A DNA stretch of 63,688 bases, counting the filler, from Octopus bimaculoides (Eukaryota): NCBI RefSeq assembly GCF_001194135.2. It is 7 parts of 7 records of this genome, joined end to end, with 100 filler letters (N's around TTAATTAATTAA, not from the genome) between each part and the next. Parts side by side here need not be neighbours in the genome. Positions count along the whole stretch, not along the records: positions 30,742 to 41,768 come from NC_068984.1; positions 41,869 to 45,624 come from NC_069000.1; positions 45,725 to 60,603 come from NC_068997.1; 4 more parts are not named here. The stretch is one strand, 5' to 3'. Positions within the stretch are counted from its first letter, which is position 1. Each line of letters opens with the position of its first letter. Below, piece after piece: positions 36,644 through 50,492 of this stretch. Position numbers and translations under genes: made by a program. Under the pieces are notes generated by a model that was not told the DNA's origin, did no database searches, and saw only the letters and a program-made list of their open reading frames with translations.

Positions 36644-37436
36644 NNNNNNNNNNNNNNNNNNNNNNNNNNNNNNNNNNNNNNNNNNNNNNNNNNNNNNNNN
36701 NNNNNNNNNNNNNNNNNNNNNNNNNNNNNNNNNNNNNNNNNNNNNNNNNNNNNNNNNNNNNNNNNNNNNNNNNNNNNNNNNNNNNNNNNNNNNNNNNNNN
36801 NNNNNNNNNNNNNNNNNNNNNNNNNNNNNNNNNNNNNNNNNNNNNNNNNNNNNNNNNNNNNNNNNNNNNNNNNNNNNNNNNNNNNNNNNNNNNNNNNNNN
36901 NNNNNNNNNNNNNNNNNNNNNNNNNNNNNNNNNNNNNNNNNNNNNNNNNNNNNNNNNNNNNNNNNNNNNNNNNNNNNNNNNNNNNNNNNNNNNNNNNNNN
37001 NNNNNNNNNNNNNNNNNNNNNNNNNNNNNNNNNNNNNNNNNNNNNNNNNNNNNNNNNNNNNNNNNNNNNNNNNNNNNNNNNNNNNNNNNNNNNNNNNNNN
37101 NNNNNNNNNNNNNNNNNNNNNNNNNNNNNNNNNNNNNNNNNNNNNNNNNNNNNNNNNNNNNNNNNNNNNNNNNNNNNNNNNNNNNNTATGAATATAGAAA
37201 GAAATTATACATTAATCCCAATTTTTGTAAGCAGTTGTATCCGTAAAAAGATATATGAACTGGACCTGCGTGTGTGTGTGTGTGTATGTGAGAGAGAAAG
37301 AGGGTGAGAAAGAGAGATAGAGTGAATGAGTGAAGTTGTGTGTCATTGACTTACGTTGGCTGGCACGGCAAGTATGAAGCTTTTACAGCGGCAGATGACT
37401 GGGGTGATTTGGAAGATGTGAAGAAATGCCGTCTTT

Positions 37437-37760
37437 TCAGTGGAGCGCTTCTTTGTAGTCAACGTTTCTCGTTTTCCCTTCTGATGCACAAATGTATAGA
37501 CTTTGTGGCCTGCCAACACGGGAGCATTCAACGTAATGTTGACCGTGGGAGAACACTTGCTCTGTGAGATTTAAACCAACCATTTGCAATGATTGACCCT
37601 GTGCCTTATTTATTGCCATTGCAAAGGACAGTTTGACAGGAAATTGAAGCCGCTTAAACTTGTTGATCGTATCGGAGAGAGGGAGACTGGAGTTATAAGA
37701 ACATCTTGACCAGCGCCCGATCCGTTCAAGATGGTTGCCTGTAGAACACGGGAGTATAAA
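37437..37760 (-). mobile_element. Helitron helicase C-terminal fragment
   Basis: ATILNGSGAGQDVLI..; AINKAQGQSLQMVGLNLTEQVFSHGQHYVECSRV..KTRNVDYKEAL. Confidence 0.88.
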
Positions 37761-37774
37761 TTTTGATTAGCATG

Positions 37775-38090
37775 CGGAACTTTCCAAGAAGCCCTCGAAA
37801 CTTTCCAGGAATCCCTCAGAAATTTTCAGGAAGTAACATCCTCGGAACTTCCCAGGAAGTAGTTCATCCTCAGAACTTTCCAGGAAATCCCGTCATCGTA
37901 ACTTTCCAGGAAGTAGTTCATCTTCTGAACTTTACAGGAAGCCATCGGAACTTTCCAGGAAGTACCACCCTCGGAACTTTCCAGGAAGTACCACCCTCGG
38001 AACTTCCCGGGAAATACCACACTCGGAACTTTCCAGGAAGTAGTTCATCCTCGGAACTTTCCAGGAAATCACATCCTCGGAACTTTCCAG
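37775..38090. repeat. Minisatellite, 13 imperfect 21-28 nt units, core CGGAACTTTCCAGGAAGT
   Basis: Units read directly from the sequence; the array is followed shortly by a gap at 38106. Confidence 0.9.
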
Positions 38091-38439
38091 ATAGACCTGG
38101 GGACTNNNNNNNNNNNNNNNNNNNNNNNNNNNNNNNNNNNNNNNNNNNNNNNNNNNNNNNNNNNNNNNNNNNNNNNNNNNNNNNNNNNNNNNNNNNNNNN
38201 NNNNNNNNNNNNNNNNNNNNNNNNNNNNNNNNNNNNNNNNNNNNNNNNNNNNNNNNNNNNNNNNNNNNNNNNNNNNNNNNNNNNNNNNNNNNNNNNNNNN
38301 NNNNNNNNNNNNNNNNNNNNNNNNNNNNNNNNNNNNNNNNNNNNNNNNNNNNNNNNNNNNNNNNNNNNNNNNNNNNNNNNNNNNNNNNNNNNNNNNNNNN
38401 NNNNNNNNNNNNNNNNNNNNNNNNNNNTGTTATTCTTTT

Positions 38440-38650
38440 ATTCTTTTATTTGTTTCAATCATTTGACTGCGGCTATGCTGGAACACCGCCTTTTAATCGA
38501 ACAAATCGACCCCAGGACTTATTCTTTGTAAGCCTAGTATTTATTCTATCGGTTACTTTTGCCGAAATCGCTAGATCACGGGGGCGTAAACGCACCAACA
38601 TCGCTTGTCAAGCGACGGTGGGTGGACAAACACAGACACACAAACATATT

Positions 38651-38681
<31 letters not shown>

Positions 38682-38820
38682 CTACACGACAGGCTTCTTT
38701 CAGTTTCCGTCTACCAAATCCACTCACAAGGCTTCGGTCGGCCGCGGCTATAGTAGAGGTCACATACCCAAAGTGCCACGCAGTGGGACTGAACCCAGAA
38801 CCATGTTGTTGGGAAGCAAG
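38440..38820 (-). mobile_element. tRNA-derived SINE (first family), minus strand
   Basis: Reverse complement of the 19008/32410 head and tail, with an internal microsatellite. Confidence 0.8.
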
Positions 38821-38821
38821 C

Positions 38822-38871
<50 letters not shown>

Positions 38872-39318
38872 TGTGTGTGTGTGTATGTATGTATGTATGT
38901 ATGTATGTGTGTACGTACACACACTACTCGCACATGATACAGTAGAAAATCCTGGCGAACTCTCATTGATTTTAATCCCCATTGGTTTCACTAAAATAAG
39001 GACCTAGTAAAATTCTAGTATCGATAAAATAACGCACCAATCACGTACTGGGATCGATATTATCGACTAAATCCCTCCCTACCCCCAGCAAACGAATTTA
39101 CTGGACCTGTGACGAAATTCGTAACGGGATCTTTAGCACGCCGGACGAAATGCTTAGCGGTATTTTATCCGTCTATATGTTCTGAGTTCAATCCATCAGG
39201 GTCGACTTTTTCAACCTTTTGGAATCGATAGATTAAGTACCAGTGAAACACTGGGGTCAATGTAATCGACTAGTCCCCTCCCACCAAAATTTCAGGCCTT
39301 GTGCCTATAGTAGAAAGG

Positions 39319-39416
<98 letters not shown>
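39319..39416. repeat. (TTA)n microsatellite tail of a SINE
   Basis: Trinucleotide run directly after the SINE 3' end. Confidence 0.95.
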
Positions 39417-39517
39417 CGCTTGATCATACATATATTACACCGGAAATATGCATCAACTCTTCAATAGAAGGTAACACTTACACACAAACACACTCGCACA
39501 CACACACAAACACACAT

Positions 39518-39609
<92 letters not shown>

Positions 39610-40304
39610 TCAATGACATTGTAAATTTTCTCAGTGGTGCTTTCTGCAGGAAGAATATATAGTGAGACCCAGGCTACTAAAGATGGCGAACCGAAAAAGT
39701 TTTTTGATTTAACTTAAATTATAAACGTAACGGGAATTTATCTGATGGGAATTTATCTGAAGGCGTACAATAGAGAGGGAGGAAAAATGAGGAGGAGAAA
39801 GATAGAGAGAAGGGGAGAGAGGCAAAACAGAGGAAGAAGGCTAGATAGTGGATGAGGGAGAGAAAGTGCGAAGGAATGTGGTCTCTAAATATCAGTCTAA
39901 AATCAGAAATACGTAGTGATTGTAATGTAATTGAGTTTGATATTTATCTCCTCATAGAGGAGACCTGCAAACGTGTTTCGAGCTTATTAAACCTCGTCAG
40001 TATAATTTTTTATCACCGCCCGGCTGTTAGCAAATAAAATAACTCACTAATTACGTAAACTGAAATAATGACATTACAAAATTTCGACTTTTCTTCCTAT
40101 TAATAATAAAAATATTCAAAGTTTTAAGCATTGCAACATGCACTTAGCTATATGCTTTTCATGCAGAAAGATCCCTAGAGATAAAATTAGAATTTTAAAA
40201 AAAATTCACAAACTCACACACACACATACACACAAATATGTATGTATATATATAAAAAATATACACATGAAATATATACAAAAATATGTATCTACAGATA
40301 CGAT

Positions 40305-40665
40305 CTACGGCACTCCGTCGGTTACGACGACGAGGGTTCCAGTTCATCCAACCAACGGAATAGCCTGCTCATGAAATTAACGTGCAAGTGGCTGAGTACT
40401 CCACAAATACGTGTACCCTTAGCGTAGTTTTCGGGGAGATTCAGCATGACACACAGTGTGACAAGGCTGGCTCCTTTAAAGTACAGGTACAACAGAAACA
40501 GAAAGAAAACTTGAGAGAAAGTTGTGGTGAAAGAGTACACCAGGGTTCGCTACCACCCCGTGGAACTTTAAGTGTTTTCGCTCAACAAACACTCACATCG
40601 CCCGGTGTGGGAATCGAAACCGTGATCCTATGACCGCGAGTCCGCTGCCCTAACCACTGGGCCAT
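40305..40665 (-). mobile_element. tRNA-derived SINE (third family) with Pol III A/B boxes
   Basis: Minus-strand head ATGGCCCAGTGGTTAGGGCAGCGGACTCGCGGTCATAGGATCACGGTTTCGATTCCC runs into a non-tRNA body, so this is not a tRNA gene. Confidence 0.8.
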
Positions 40666-40706
40666 AGCCCAGTGAATTTGGTAGACGGAAACTGAAAGAA
40701 GCCTGT

Positions 40707-40746
<40 letters not shown>

Positions 40747-41707
40747 TGTGTGTCTGTCGCCACAATATATCGCTTGACAACCAATGCTGGTGTGTTTACG
40801 TTCCCGTAACTTAGCGGTTCGCCGAGAGAGATCGAAACAAATAAGTACTAGGCTTACAAAGAATAAGTCCTGGAGTCGATTTGTTCAATTAAAGGCGGTG
40901 CTCCAGCATGGCCGCATTCAAATGAGTGAAACAAGTAAAAGAATAAAAGAATGTGTATGTATGTATAAATTTATATCCAAAGATATATATAATAACAGAG
41001 TGAGAGAATATATGTGTGTATATGTGTGTTTGTGTGCGTGTGTGTGTGTGTGTGTGGTGTGTGTGTGTGTGTGTTTCTTTGTATATATGTATACATATGT
41101 ATGTATATATGTGTATGTATGTATGTGTGTATGTTTGTAGATATGTATGTATACACACACACGCAAATACATAAACATTTATATAAATAGATATGTATTA
41201 GTGTGTGTGTGTGTGTGTGTGTGTGTGCATGATTGTATATACGTATGAACATAAGCATGTGTATGTAGTGAAGGCCTAATACTGTTAAAAGGGCCCACAG
41301 TTAGAGGGCCCACAGCTTTTCGTTACCTTTCCCAAAGAAATATCGGAGATTAGAGTCGTAGAAATATGGAGGTGTCGAAAAATAAAACCCTTAGACAAGT
41401 CTTTTTATCCGAGTTGCCATATAGACCTAGATCATAGTAAGACCCAGATGAGGGCAAACGTGGAGAGCGGGCCGAGTTAATGAAATAAACGGAAAATTAC
41501 ACCAGTGGGGCTACCCCAGCATGGCCACAGTATCTAAGTGAAACATGTGAATGTCAGCGTAGGTGTTTATTTTATTTTATGACGACGATGTCCCAGCTTC
41601 AGTACAGGGAGTGAAAGAAAGAAAAGGGAGGAATAATACGTGTGTGTGTGTGTGTGTGTGCGTGTGTATGCGCAGTGGGGGGGGCGTCTTTCTATATGTC
41701 TGTCAGT

Positions 41708-41753
<46 letters not shown>

Positions 41754-41768
41754 GTCTCTGTATCTATC

Positions 41769-41868
41769 NNNNNNNNNNNNNNNNNNNNNNNNNNNNNNNN
41801 NNNNNNNNNNNNTTAATTAATTAANNNNNNNNNNNNNNNNNNNNNNNNNNNNNNNNNNNNNNNNNNNN
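41769..41868. other. Artificial scaffold-joining spacer
   Basis: 44 N + TTAATTAATTAA (41813-41824) + 44 N. Confidence 0.95.
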
Positions 41869-43322
41869 ATATATATATATATATAGTTGGTTGTTTATAC
41901 ACCTGTTTTCGCCTTGTGTTTTCTATAAATATATATATTCTTTTATTCTTTTACTTGTTTCATGCATTTGACTGCGGCCATGCTGTAGCACCGCCTTTAC
42001 TCGAGCAAGTCGACCCCAGGTCTTATTCTTTATAAGCCTAGTACTTATTCTAGATGTATATTTATATATATGCATGTATACACGTAATATACATACGTAT
42101 ATATGTATACTCCACACTCACACACACATATATACACGTATATATACACTAATGAATTAAAATTTAGCTTATGTTTTGCCTGTAAAGTTGAAAACTCGCT
42201 AGCCATCTTCTTATTATCATTAATAAAGGTAATAATATTTCTCTATTACAAATATGTGTGTGCGACCGTGCGTGTGTATGTGTACATACATATATTTGTG
42301 TGTGTGTGTGTATATATAAATATATATGTAAATATAGAGATAGAGAAATTAATAGATGCATAGATGCGTGCGCTCACAGAAAGTCACTGATACTCACAGG
42401 TTCATTAACAGTCACACAATCACATACAGACACACCGAGAGGCACACAGGCACACATACGTACAGAGTGAAAGAGATCACTGTGACCTGAAGATGTTTTC
42501 GATGGTTTCTGTGAATTTGTTTTATTTATTTCAGCTTCTGTTTTTCTTTTGTTTTTTTTTCTTTCTTCTGTTGCATTCTGAGTGCATAAAGGTGACTGAA
42601 ATTGATGCAGCGTGCTCAGTTTTTGTTCAAAGAACGCGTGTATATAGATCGTCATATTGAATTAGGATTCACACACATATTCTAGTGGCTTTGGTGACAA
42701 ACGGAGGAATATATGAGAGAATTTGGATAACATACACATATATATGCATATACAGAACAGATTGTTTTTTTAGATACATATATACATACATACATACATA
42801 TACACATGTATATATACATACATATAGATATATGCGTTTAGATATGTGCATGCATATATATACATGTGTGAATATATATGCATGTATATGAACATATGCA
42901 TATATATATATATACATATATATCTATATATAGAAATGCTTATATCCACATATATATCTATCCACGTACGAATATATGCATTTACATATGTGCCTATACG
43001 CATATATATAATTATAGATATGTATATATATGTTTGTCTGTCTGTGTGTTTTTATACATGCATATATNNNNNNNNNNTATATATATACATATATATCTAT
43101 ATATAGAAATGCTTATATCCACATATATATCTATCCACGTACGAATATATATATTTACATATGTGCCTATACGCATATATATAATTATAGATATGTATAT
43201 ATATGTTTGTCTGTCTGTGTGTTTTTATACATGCATATATATGTATTCATATATATAAATATACGTATGTGCCCATATACATATAAATATGTGTGTGCAT
43301 ATAAGCATACATACACATATAC

Positions 43323-43386
<64 letters not shown>

Positions 43387-45624
43387 ATAAATGCATATAA
43401 GTGTGTATATATATATATGCATATAAGATATACGTACAAACACACGCGCGAGCGCTCACCCTCACACACATACACATATATCGCCATTAAGGGATGATGT
43501 ATATCGATTGTAACCGGAGGCGAAGGCTAGTGTTGCGAGGCATGAATACGATGCATCTTGAGGAATGCTAAAACCATGATTCAAGTGATTTCTGTTTATT
43601 TATTTCTTTATTCTATCTTTTCAGTGTCTTTTTAAAAGACTAAAATACACTCGCGGCTGATGTGGGTTGCTTTTCAACCTGAAGGACATTGTCATTTCGT
43701 GTAAGCCGATATTTCTCCTTATTACACATAAAGATTGTAAAGATGTACATGACTCAGGATAAAAGGTGATCGTGTATGTCTTATATTTTCCCCTGAACTG
43801 ACAAGTTCTAAATATTTCACATATATATCTCGAATATTTGAACATGTTGTTTCTTGATTATTATTGTTGTTGTTGCTGATGTAGTGGTTTTCGTTTAGCC
43901 TTGATTATCACCTGATTGCATTAATTATTACGGCTCCGTGTCCAGTTCAATTGTGTGGCGCCTTGGAGAGGTGTTGTCTACTGTACCTCTAGATTTCTTA
44001 ATATTTAGTTTGTCGCTTTGGTAGACGGAAACGGAACTGGTAAATCCGTTGTATACAATTATGTGCGTGTGTGTGTGTCTACGTGTATGTGTGTGAGTTT
44101 GTCTGTGTCTGTGTCTATTTGTGTCTTAGCTTACGCGTTTGTCACGCCCCCACCGCTTGACAACCGGATTTGGTGTGTTTACATCCCCGTATCTTATCAG
44201 TTCGGCCAAAGAAACGGATGGCATAAATAGCAGTTTAATAAAAAACAATAAGTACTAGGTCTGATTCATTTCACCCTGCATAGCACCGGTCTGATGATTG
44301 AAACAATATATATATANNNNNNNNNNNNNNNNNNNNNNNNNNNNNNNNNNNNNNNNNNNNNNNNNNNNNNNNNNNNNNNNNNNNNNNNNNNNNNNNNNNN
44401 NNNNNNNNNNNNNNNNNNNNNNNNNNNNNNNNNNNNNNNNNNNNNNNNNNNNNNNNNNNNNNNNNNNNNNNNNNNNNNNNNNNNNNNNNNNNNNNNNNNN
44501 NNNNNNNNNNNNNNNNNNNNNNNNNNNNNNNNNNNNNNNNNNNNNNNNNNNNNNNNNNNNNNNNNNNNNNNNNNNNNNNNNNNNNNNNNNNNNNNNNNNN
44601 NNNNNNNNNNNNNNNNNNNNNNNNNNNNNNNNNNNNNNNNNNNNNNNNNNNNNNNNNNNNNNNNNNNNNNNNNNNNNNNNNNNNNNNNNNNNNNNNNNNN
44701 NNNNNNNNNNNNNNNNNNNNNNNNNNNNNNNNNNNNNNNNNNNNNNNNNNNNNNNNNNNNNNNNNNNNNNNNNNNNNNNNNACATTTATGAATCAATGGC
44801 TAATCAACTCAGTCGATCTATTAAGTAAAGTAGTCATCGCCGAAAACCGACGGAGCTTCCTTTACATCAGTCACATATTTACGCTTCTTTGCGCGGCAAA
44901 CTTAGAGCATGTAGGTAGAATTTTGGTACGGAGTTTAGTGTCAAAATGTAAATACATAAAATGAAAACAGGAGAGAGTTAATAGCAGCGAAACATTCCAT
45001 TGAGATACTGGTTGCCTTTAATAAGAAGATATTAGGTTTTATGCTAATTGTAGCTCATACACTGCAACTTTCAACGTTGATATTTCTGAAGTAAGAAGAT
45101 AAAAATGGTGCATTTGTGTGCGTACGTGTGCATGTATGTATGTACGTATGTGTGTGGGGGGTATTGAGGAAGTAATATNNNNNNNNNNTATATATATATA
45201 TCTTGTCCGTCGGGCACTTTGTCCGTCGAGCGCTTTGTCCGTTGGGCACTTTGTCCGTCGGGCATTTCGGCCGCATCTACTCACGTTCGTGCGCTTTCGC
45301 TCACTACAAAACATTTATGAATCAATGGCTAATCAACTCAGTCGATCTATTAAGTAAAGTAGTCATCGCCGAAAACCGACGGAGCTTCCTTTACATCAGT
45401 CACATATTTACGCTTCTTTGCGCGGCAAACTTAGAGCATGTAGGTAGAATTTTGGTACGGAGTTTAGTGTCAAAATGTAAATAGATAAAATGAAAACAGG
45501 AGAGAGTTAATAGCAGCGAAACATTCCATTGAGATACTGGTTGCCTTTAATAAGAAGATATTAGGTTTTATGCTAATTGTAGCTCATACACTGCAACTTT
45601 CAACGTTGATATTTCTGAAGTAAG

Positions 45625-45724
45625 NNNNNNNNNNNNNNNNNNNNNNNNNNNNNNNNNNNNNNNNNNNNTTAATTAATTAANNNNNNNNNNNNNNNNNNNN
45701 NNNNNNNNNNNNNNNNNNNNNNNN
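45625..45724. other. Artificial scaffold-joining spacer
   Basis: 44 N + TTAATTAATTAA (45669-45680) + 44 N. Confidence 0.95.
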
Positions 45725-46095
45725 CATCATCATCATCATCAGCATCATCATCATCATCAGCATCATCATCATCATCATCAGCATCATCATCATCAGCATC
45801 ATCATCATCATCAGCATCATCATCATCAGCATCATCATCATCATCATCAGCATCATCATCATCATCAGCATCATCATCATCATCATCGTCGTCGTAGTCG
45901 TGTCATCGTCATCATCGTCATCGTCATCATCATCATAATCATCATCGTCTTCATCATCATCATCACATTCATCGTCATCTCCATCACCATCGTCATCGTC
46001 GTCGCCGTCGTTGTCGTCATCATCATCAGCATGACCATCGTCAGCGTCGTCCTTGTCCTTGTCATCGTCGTCTTCATCGTCGTCGTCGTCATCAC
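45725..46095. repeat. Compound (CAT)n/(CAG)/(CGT)n trinucleotide repeat
   Basis: Low-complexity array at a scaffold end. Confidence 0.95.
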
Positions 46096-47959
46096 CAAGA
46101 ACAACAGCAACAACTTTTAATGACACTTGTAAAAGCTGTGACTGTATTTAATTTTTTTCTGCCTAGAAATAATTATTAACTTCTAAAAGTTGACCAGGTT
46201 TGCCAAGTGCAGTATTAACCGTTGATTCACAATTTTCGATTAAAGCCCCATCTTTATTATACTAATTATAAACGAATTAAAAATATTTGTAGAAAAACTT
46301 TCAGCAATGTTCTGCGTAGCTTCTTTTCATAATGGAATTGTTAAATACTATAATTAGCATGTTATTAGTATTTTAATATAAACCATATTGTTGCCGAGTT
46401 AAAAGAAAATTAATTAGATTTTATTAAAAATTAAAATTACTTTGTGTCATTATTATTTTCATTAGGATTTGGGGTAATTAGATAATTATAGTCGATTTAC
46501 TTAATTCCTAAGGATGGATAATAAACTCCTTTCCCGGTGCAAATCTGCTTTATTTATTTTGTGTGCGCCGAAGTTAAAAAATTATTTTAAAAAATCGGAA
46601 TAAAAAAAAATGATTACAAAAGAAACGAATAAAAGTTAATCAGAGAAATTTCAGAACTTCTCTCAGTCTCGGGCAACTCTATTAGATGACGTTATGTGCC
46701 GATTGAGATAATTAGCAATTAAAAATCAATAGATTACAATACGTTTTATTTCCTTTTCGCAAAACGTTGGCTGTATAATGACTTGATACGAGCGACAAAG
46801 AAATGCTAATTTAAAATTACTAGGGACTTTTTTAATTAAGTATTTGAAATTAATCGCTAATAATACACGTCGAGAAAGAGACATATAGTTCTTATTGCCA
46901 AAAAATGTTTGTCAGCGACAAGCCGATACATTATCTGTGGAATTTGCTTTTTGTCTTGTTTTTCCTCTTTTTTCTTGTTTCAAATAACACGATGATATGT
47001 GTGTTTGGTGTGACTCTAATTTGAAATTGTTACATTGCATGTGACTTACCTGAATGAAGTAATTTGGGGTTATACAGTATCACAAGTGAGATCCATCAAC
47101 ACACAATTTCTCAAGTGATGTCATTGAGAATATTATGTTATACTTTTTCTTCTTTATGTAAGATGCTATCATCATAAAACTGTTAACTGGGGAGAAAACC
47201 TCATCAATCACCTACCGACTATCAACAGTGGAAGGGAAATGATATAAAATGCTTTGGGCTTGATTTGAGCAATTTAGCTTTAAGCCTCACAGCTGCACCG
47301 AGTTCGTATTCCTTCTCAGCCACACTTGCCAAGAGGGTAGTAGTGCCCATATTACAATTGTCGAAGGGCGGTGTTGGAATCAATGAAGCAGAGCACAAAA
47401 TAACTTATGGTATTTAATAAGGTTTAAGTTTTCAGTTTAAATCCTATCGATTGCAACTTTGTATTTGATATTACTTAAACGGTAAAATAACACCAGTAAT
47501 CTATTGGTGCCACTATAATGGATTTCTTACTCCTGTCTTAAAATTGATGGCCTCGTCCGAACATAATAAAAGTAGCAGTTTCGGACAAAATATTTTATGG
47601 AAATTAATTAAAGATTTTAGATTCTAATTTCGCCAATGACACTTTCTATCTTTCATACTTCATGAGTTGATAAAATAGATACCAGCATCTTACTGGAGTC
47701 CACATCAATTTGTATGACTTTATAAATGTTACCACTAGGAAGAGTGGTCCTGTAGAGAGGCTTGTGAAATATTCTAGCATTAACATCTGCCAAATCTTCA
47801 CGAGAATTAATTTATGGTGCAAAGACCAGTATTTATACAAAGCATGGGCACATAAAATAAACACATTTTTTTGTGTGGAATATAGTTCTATTTCAAAACT
47901 ACAATAACCACCATCAAAGTGAATGCTTCCCTGTTTCACTTACACTTTGCATATATGTA

Positions 47960-48870
47960 TATACGAAAGGATACCAAAAAGAAACCGGAATTTTCTAATA
48001 TTATTTTGTTCACTTAGTTTTACATGTTCACATTTTTATCGCCTTCAAATTATTCTCCATTTGAAGCAATACATCGGTCCAGACGCGTTTTCCATAGTCC
48101 GAAGCAGTCCTAGACCCCATAAATGCCAAGTAAAACTTCTGGTAAACTGTTTGACTAGGAGGAACAAATACTTTGTGCAGAATTCTTCTCGCAACGATGA
48201 AAAAAATCAGCATCATTTTGACAGTGAACTCACTTGACGCATTTGGCGGTGGGGTGGGCGTGGTGATATTGAAATCTTCCATTGATTTGATTGATTACTG
48301 TTTCGTTTCCGGGATGTAGCCGTAGCACCAGCTTTCGTCACCAGTGATTACTTTCGAGAAACGGTTCGGATCCACTTACTGCTATCCTTTCAGTTCCCGA
48401 CACGCCTTCAGTCGTGACTGTCTTTGATCTTCTGCAAGCAATGAGGCATAACTTTTTCTCCAACTCTTTTCATTCACAAATTCCTCGGTCAAAATTCGTT
48501 GGGAGGAACTCCAGGACACACCAGTCATATCAACAAGTTCGTGAGTTGTTCCTCCAAGATCAGTTTATGAATTTTTGTGATGTATTCATTCGTTGGGGAG
48601 GTCCACGGTTACCTTGAACGAAATTGGTCTTCAAGTGACGAGAGACCATTCCTAAAGCGTGGAAGCCACTCGTAAACTTGTGTTTTGCTCATGGCAGCGT
48701 CCTTGTAAGCTGTTTGAAGCATGAGAACTGTTTTAGCTGCCGTTTTCCTCAGCAGAAAACAGAATTTCACGGACGCACGTTGTCCCTTCGTTTCAGCCAT
48801 CGCAAAAATCGACGAACAGGGGAGAAGCACTGCAAAACAAAGACGCACCACGTGGCAGTAGGACCCCACC
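47960..48870 (-). mobile_element. Mariner transposase relic
   Basis: QRASVKFCFLLRKTAAKT..KTQVYEWLPRFRNG, KVITGDESWCYGYIPETK, MLIFF..HKVFVPPSQTV; degenerate. Confidence 0.9.
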
Positions 48871-49036
48871 GGACAACGCCAGTTGGCAGATTGATGACTG
48901 AGGTTCGCATCAAGTGGCTTATAGCGGCGAGAGCCTGAACTATATGTAGCTTTTGTAGGAATAGAATGAAGATTAATTCCTTTCTCTTTCTCTCTCTTTC
49001 TCTCCCTCTCTCTCTCTTTCTCTGTCTATCTGTTTG

Positions 49037-49079
<43 letters not shown>

Positions 49080-49293
49080 CTCTCTCTCTCTCTCTATCTA
49101 TCTATCATGCTCGCTTGCTAACTAGCTATATATATACATGCACCTATCCCTCATTGTAGCATTTCGGTTTTTCAAGTATAGGACAGATGGAATATGCATG
49201 CATACTGTAACATGCAAAAATTTGGTTATGCTATTTTATTTCAAACAGGTGTAGCATATTAAATCATTGATAAATCTCCATTCTTTGTGTTTT

Positions 49294-49328
<35 letters not shown>

Positions 49329-50433
49329 ATTAATTGATACTACTGACCACTTTCCCTATCATCGTACCTTATCATATTATATCCTCGTTACATTGCTTTG
49401 CATTGACACGATCATTAACTTACATTTCTATATTTTCAAACATTTTTTATTTCTTTGCTAGAATTTTATTTTTCAGTCATTTTTCCGTTGTTCTCATTCT
49501 TAAAAACCTTTAAATTATCTATTATAAGTTTTCTATATATTCTATTCTACAGATATTATTTTCAATATTACAAATTGCGATTTTGTAATTTCGCTGGCTA
49601 TTGGTTAATTAAGTAATTACAATATTTAATCATGAAACTTATCAGAAACACAATATATTTTCTCGAACAGACTATATTACATATAATTAGATATGTGCGT
49701 GTATGGTTGTGGGCGGTTGTACTTGTGAGTGTGAGTATATCTATATATATATANNNNNNNNNNNNNNNNNNNNNNNNNNNNNNNNNNNTATTATTCTTCC
49801 TGATATATAATTAGGTTCGTTTGTACAGGATTTAATCTTTAAGACTGTGCGAATCAATCAAACGAATGCTTGACTCAATTGTCTTTGTCATTTTATTAAA
49901 TTTCTAAAAACTTGTAAAAATAATTCCTAAACTGCTGAATGAAGGGAGTGAGGTAGAGAGATAGAGAGAGAGAAAGAGAATGCGGTGGTGGTGGGTATGG
50001 GCAGAGAGGTAGACAGATAAAGAGGCAGCGAAAGAGAGAGAAAAAGAGAGAAAGATAATGGTGGAAGAGATACGTAACAGAATATAAAGCGATGCAATTA
50101 ACGAATTAAAGTGTGAGAAATTGTCAAATGTATTAAAATTTTCTTCGGTAATTGTTAGAATTTCCCAGTAATATGTAAAACTGGAATATTCTGTCTGTCA
50201 ATTATAAAAATTGTGAGAATGAATAATTAAGGAGGTAAACAAACGTGAAACAAATCTAGAATAGGCTAAATACTGTTATGATATTGCGATATTGTTAGAG
50301 TGCAGTGTTCATTTAGATGGATGCATAGAGAAACGTATACAGATATAAATAAATACATAATTAAAGACACACAAAAATACACACCCACATACCCACATAT
50401 ATTCTTATGTATATATATATGTATATATATATG

Positions 50434-50492
<59 letters not shown>

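Noticed and set aside
37775-38090. CRISPR-like repeat/spacer appearance
   Set aside because: Eukaryotic context, spacers of only 5-12 nt that resemble each other, and no cas genes.
40610-40665. tRNA gene
   Set aside because: A and B boxes are present, but there is no complete cloverleaf and it continues into a repeated SINE body.
42374-42655. Lys-rich minus-strand ORF or exon (NATEERKKNKRK..)
   Set aside because: The Lys content comes from a T-rich tract, and the splice sites are ambiguous on both strands.
42880-43250. ~185-nt tandem duplication
   Set aside because: It straddles a 10-N gap with near-identical copies, consistent with a haplotype overlap.
44782-45624. ~315-nt direct repeat with one substitution, plus 17-nt TTGTCCGTCGGGCAC repeats
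   Set aside because: The copies sit at the ends of two contigs split by a 10-N gap, best explained by misordered allelic contigs. The short repeats look like ordinary transposon subterminal repeats.
45677-46126. Poly-Asp/poly-Met acidic protein
   Set aside because: It is a translation of a trinucleotide array at a scaffold end.
47045-47200. Minus-strand exon ending CAG|GTAAGT at 47050
   Set aside because: All frames from nearby acceptors hit stops before the donor. It could be a UTR exon, but nothing else supports it.
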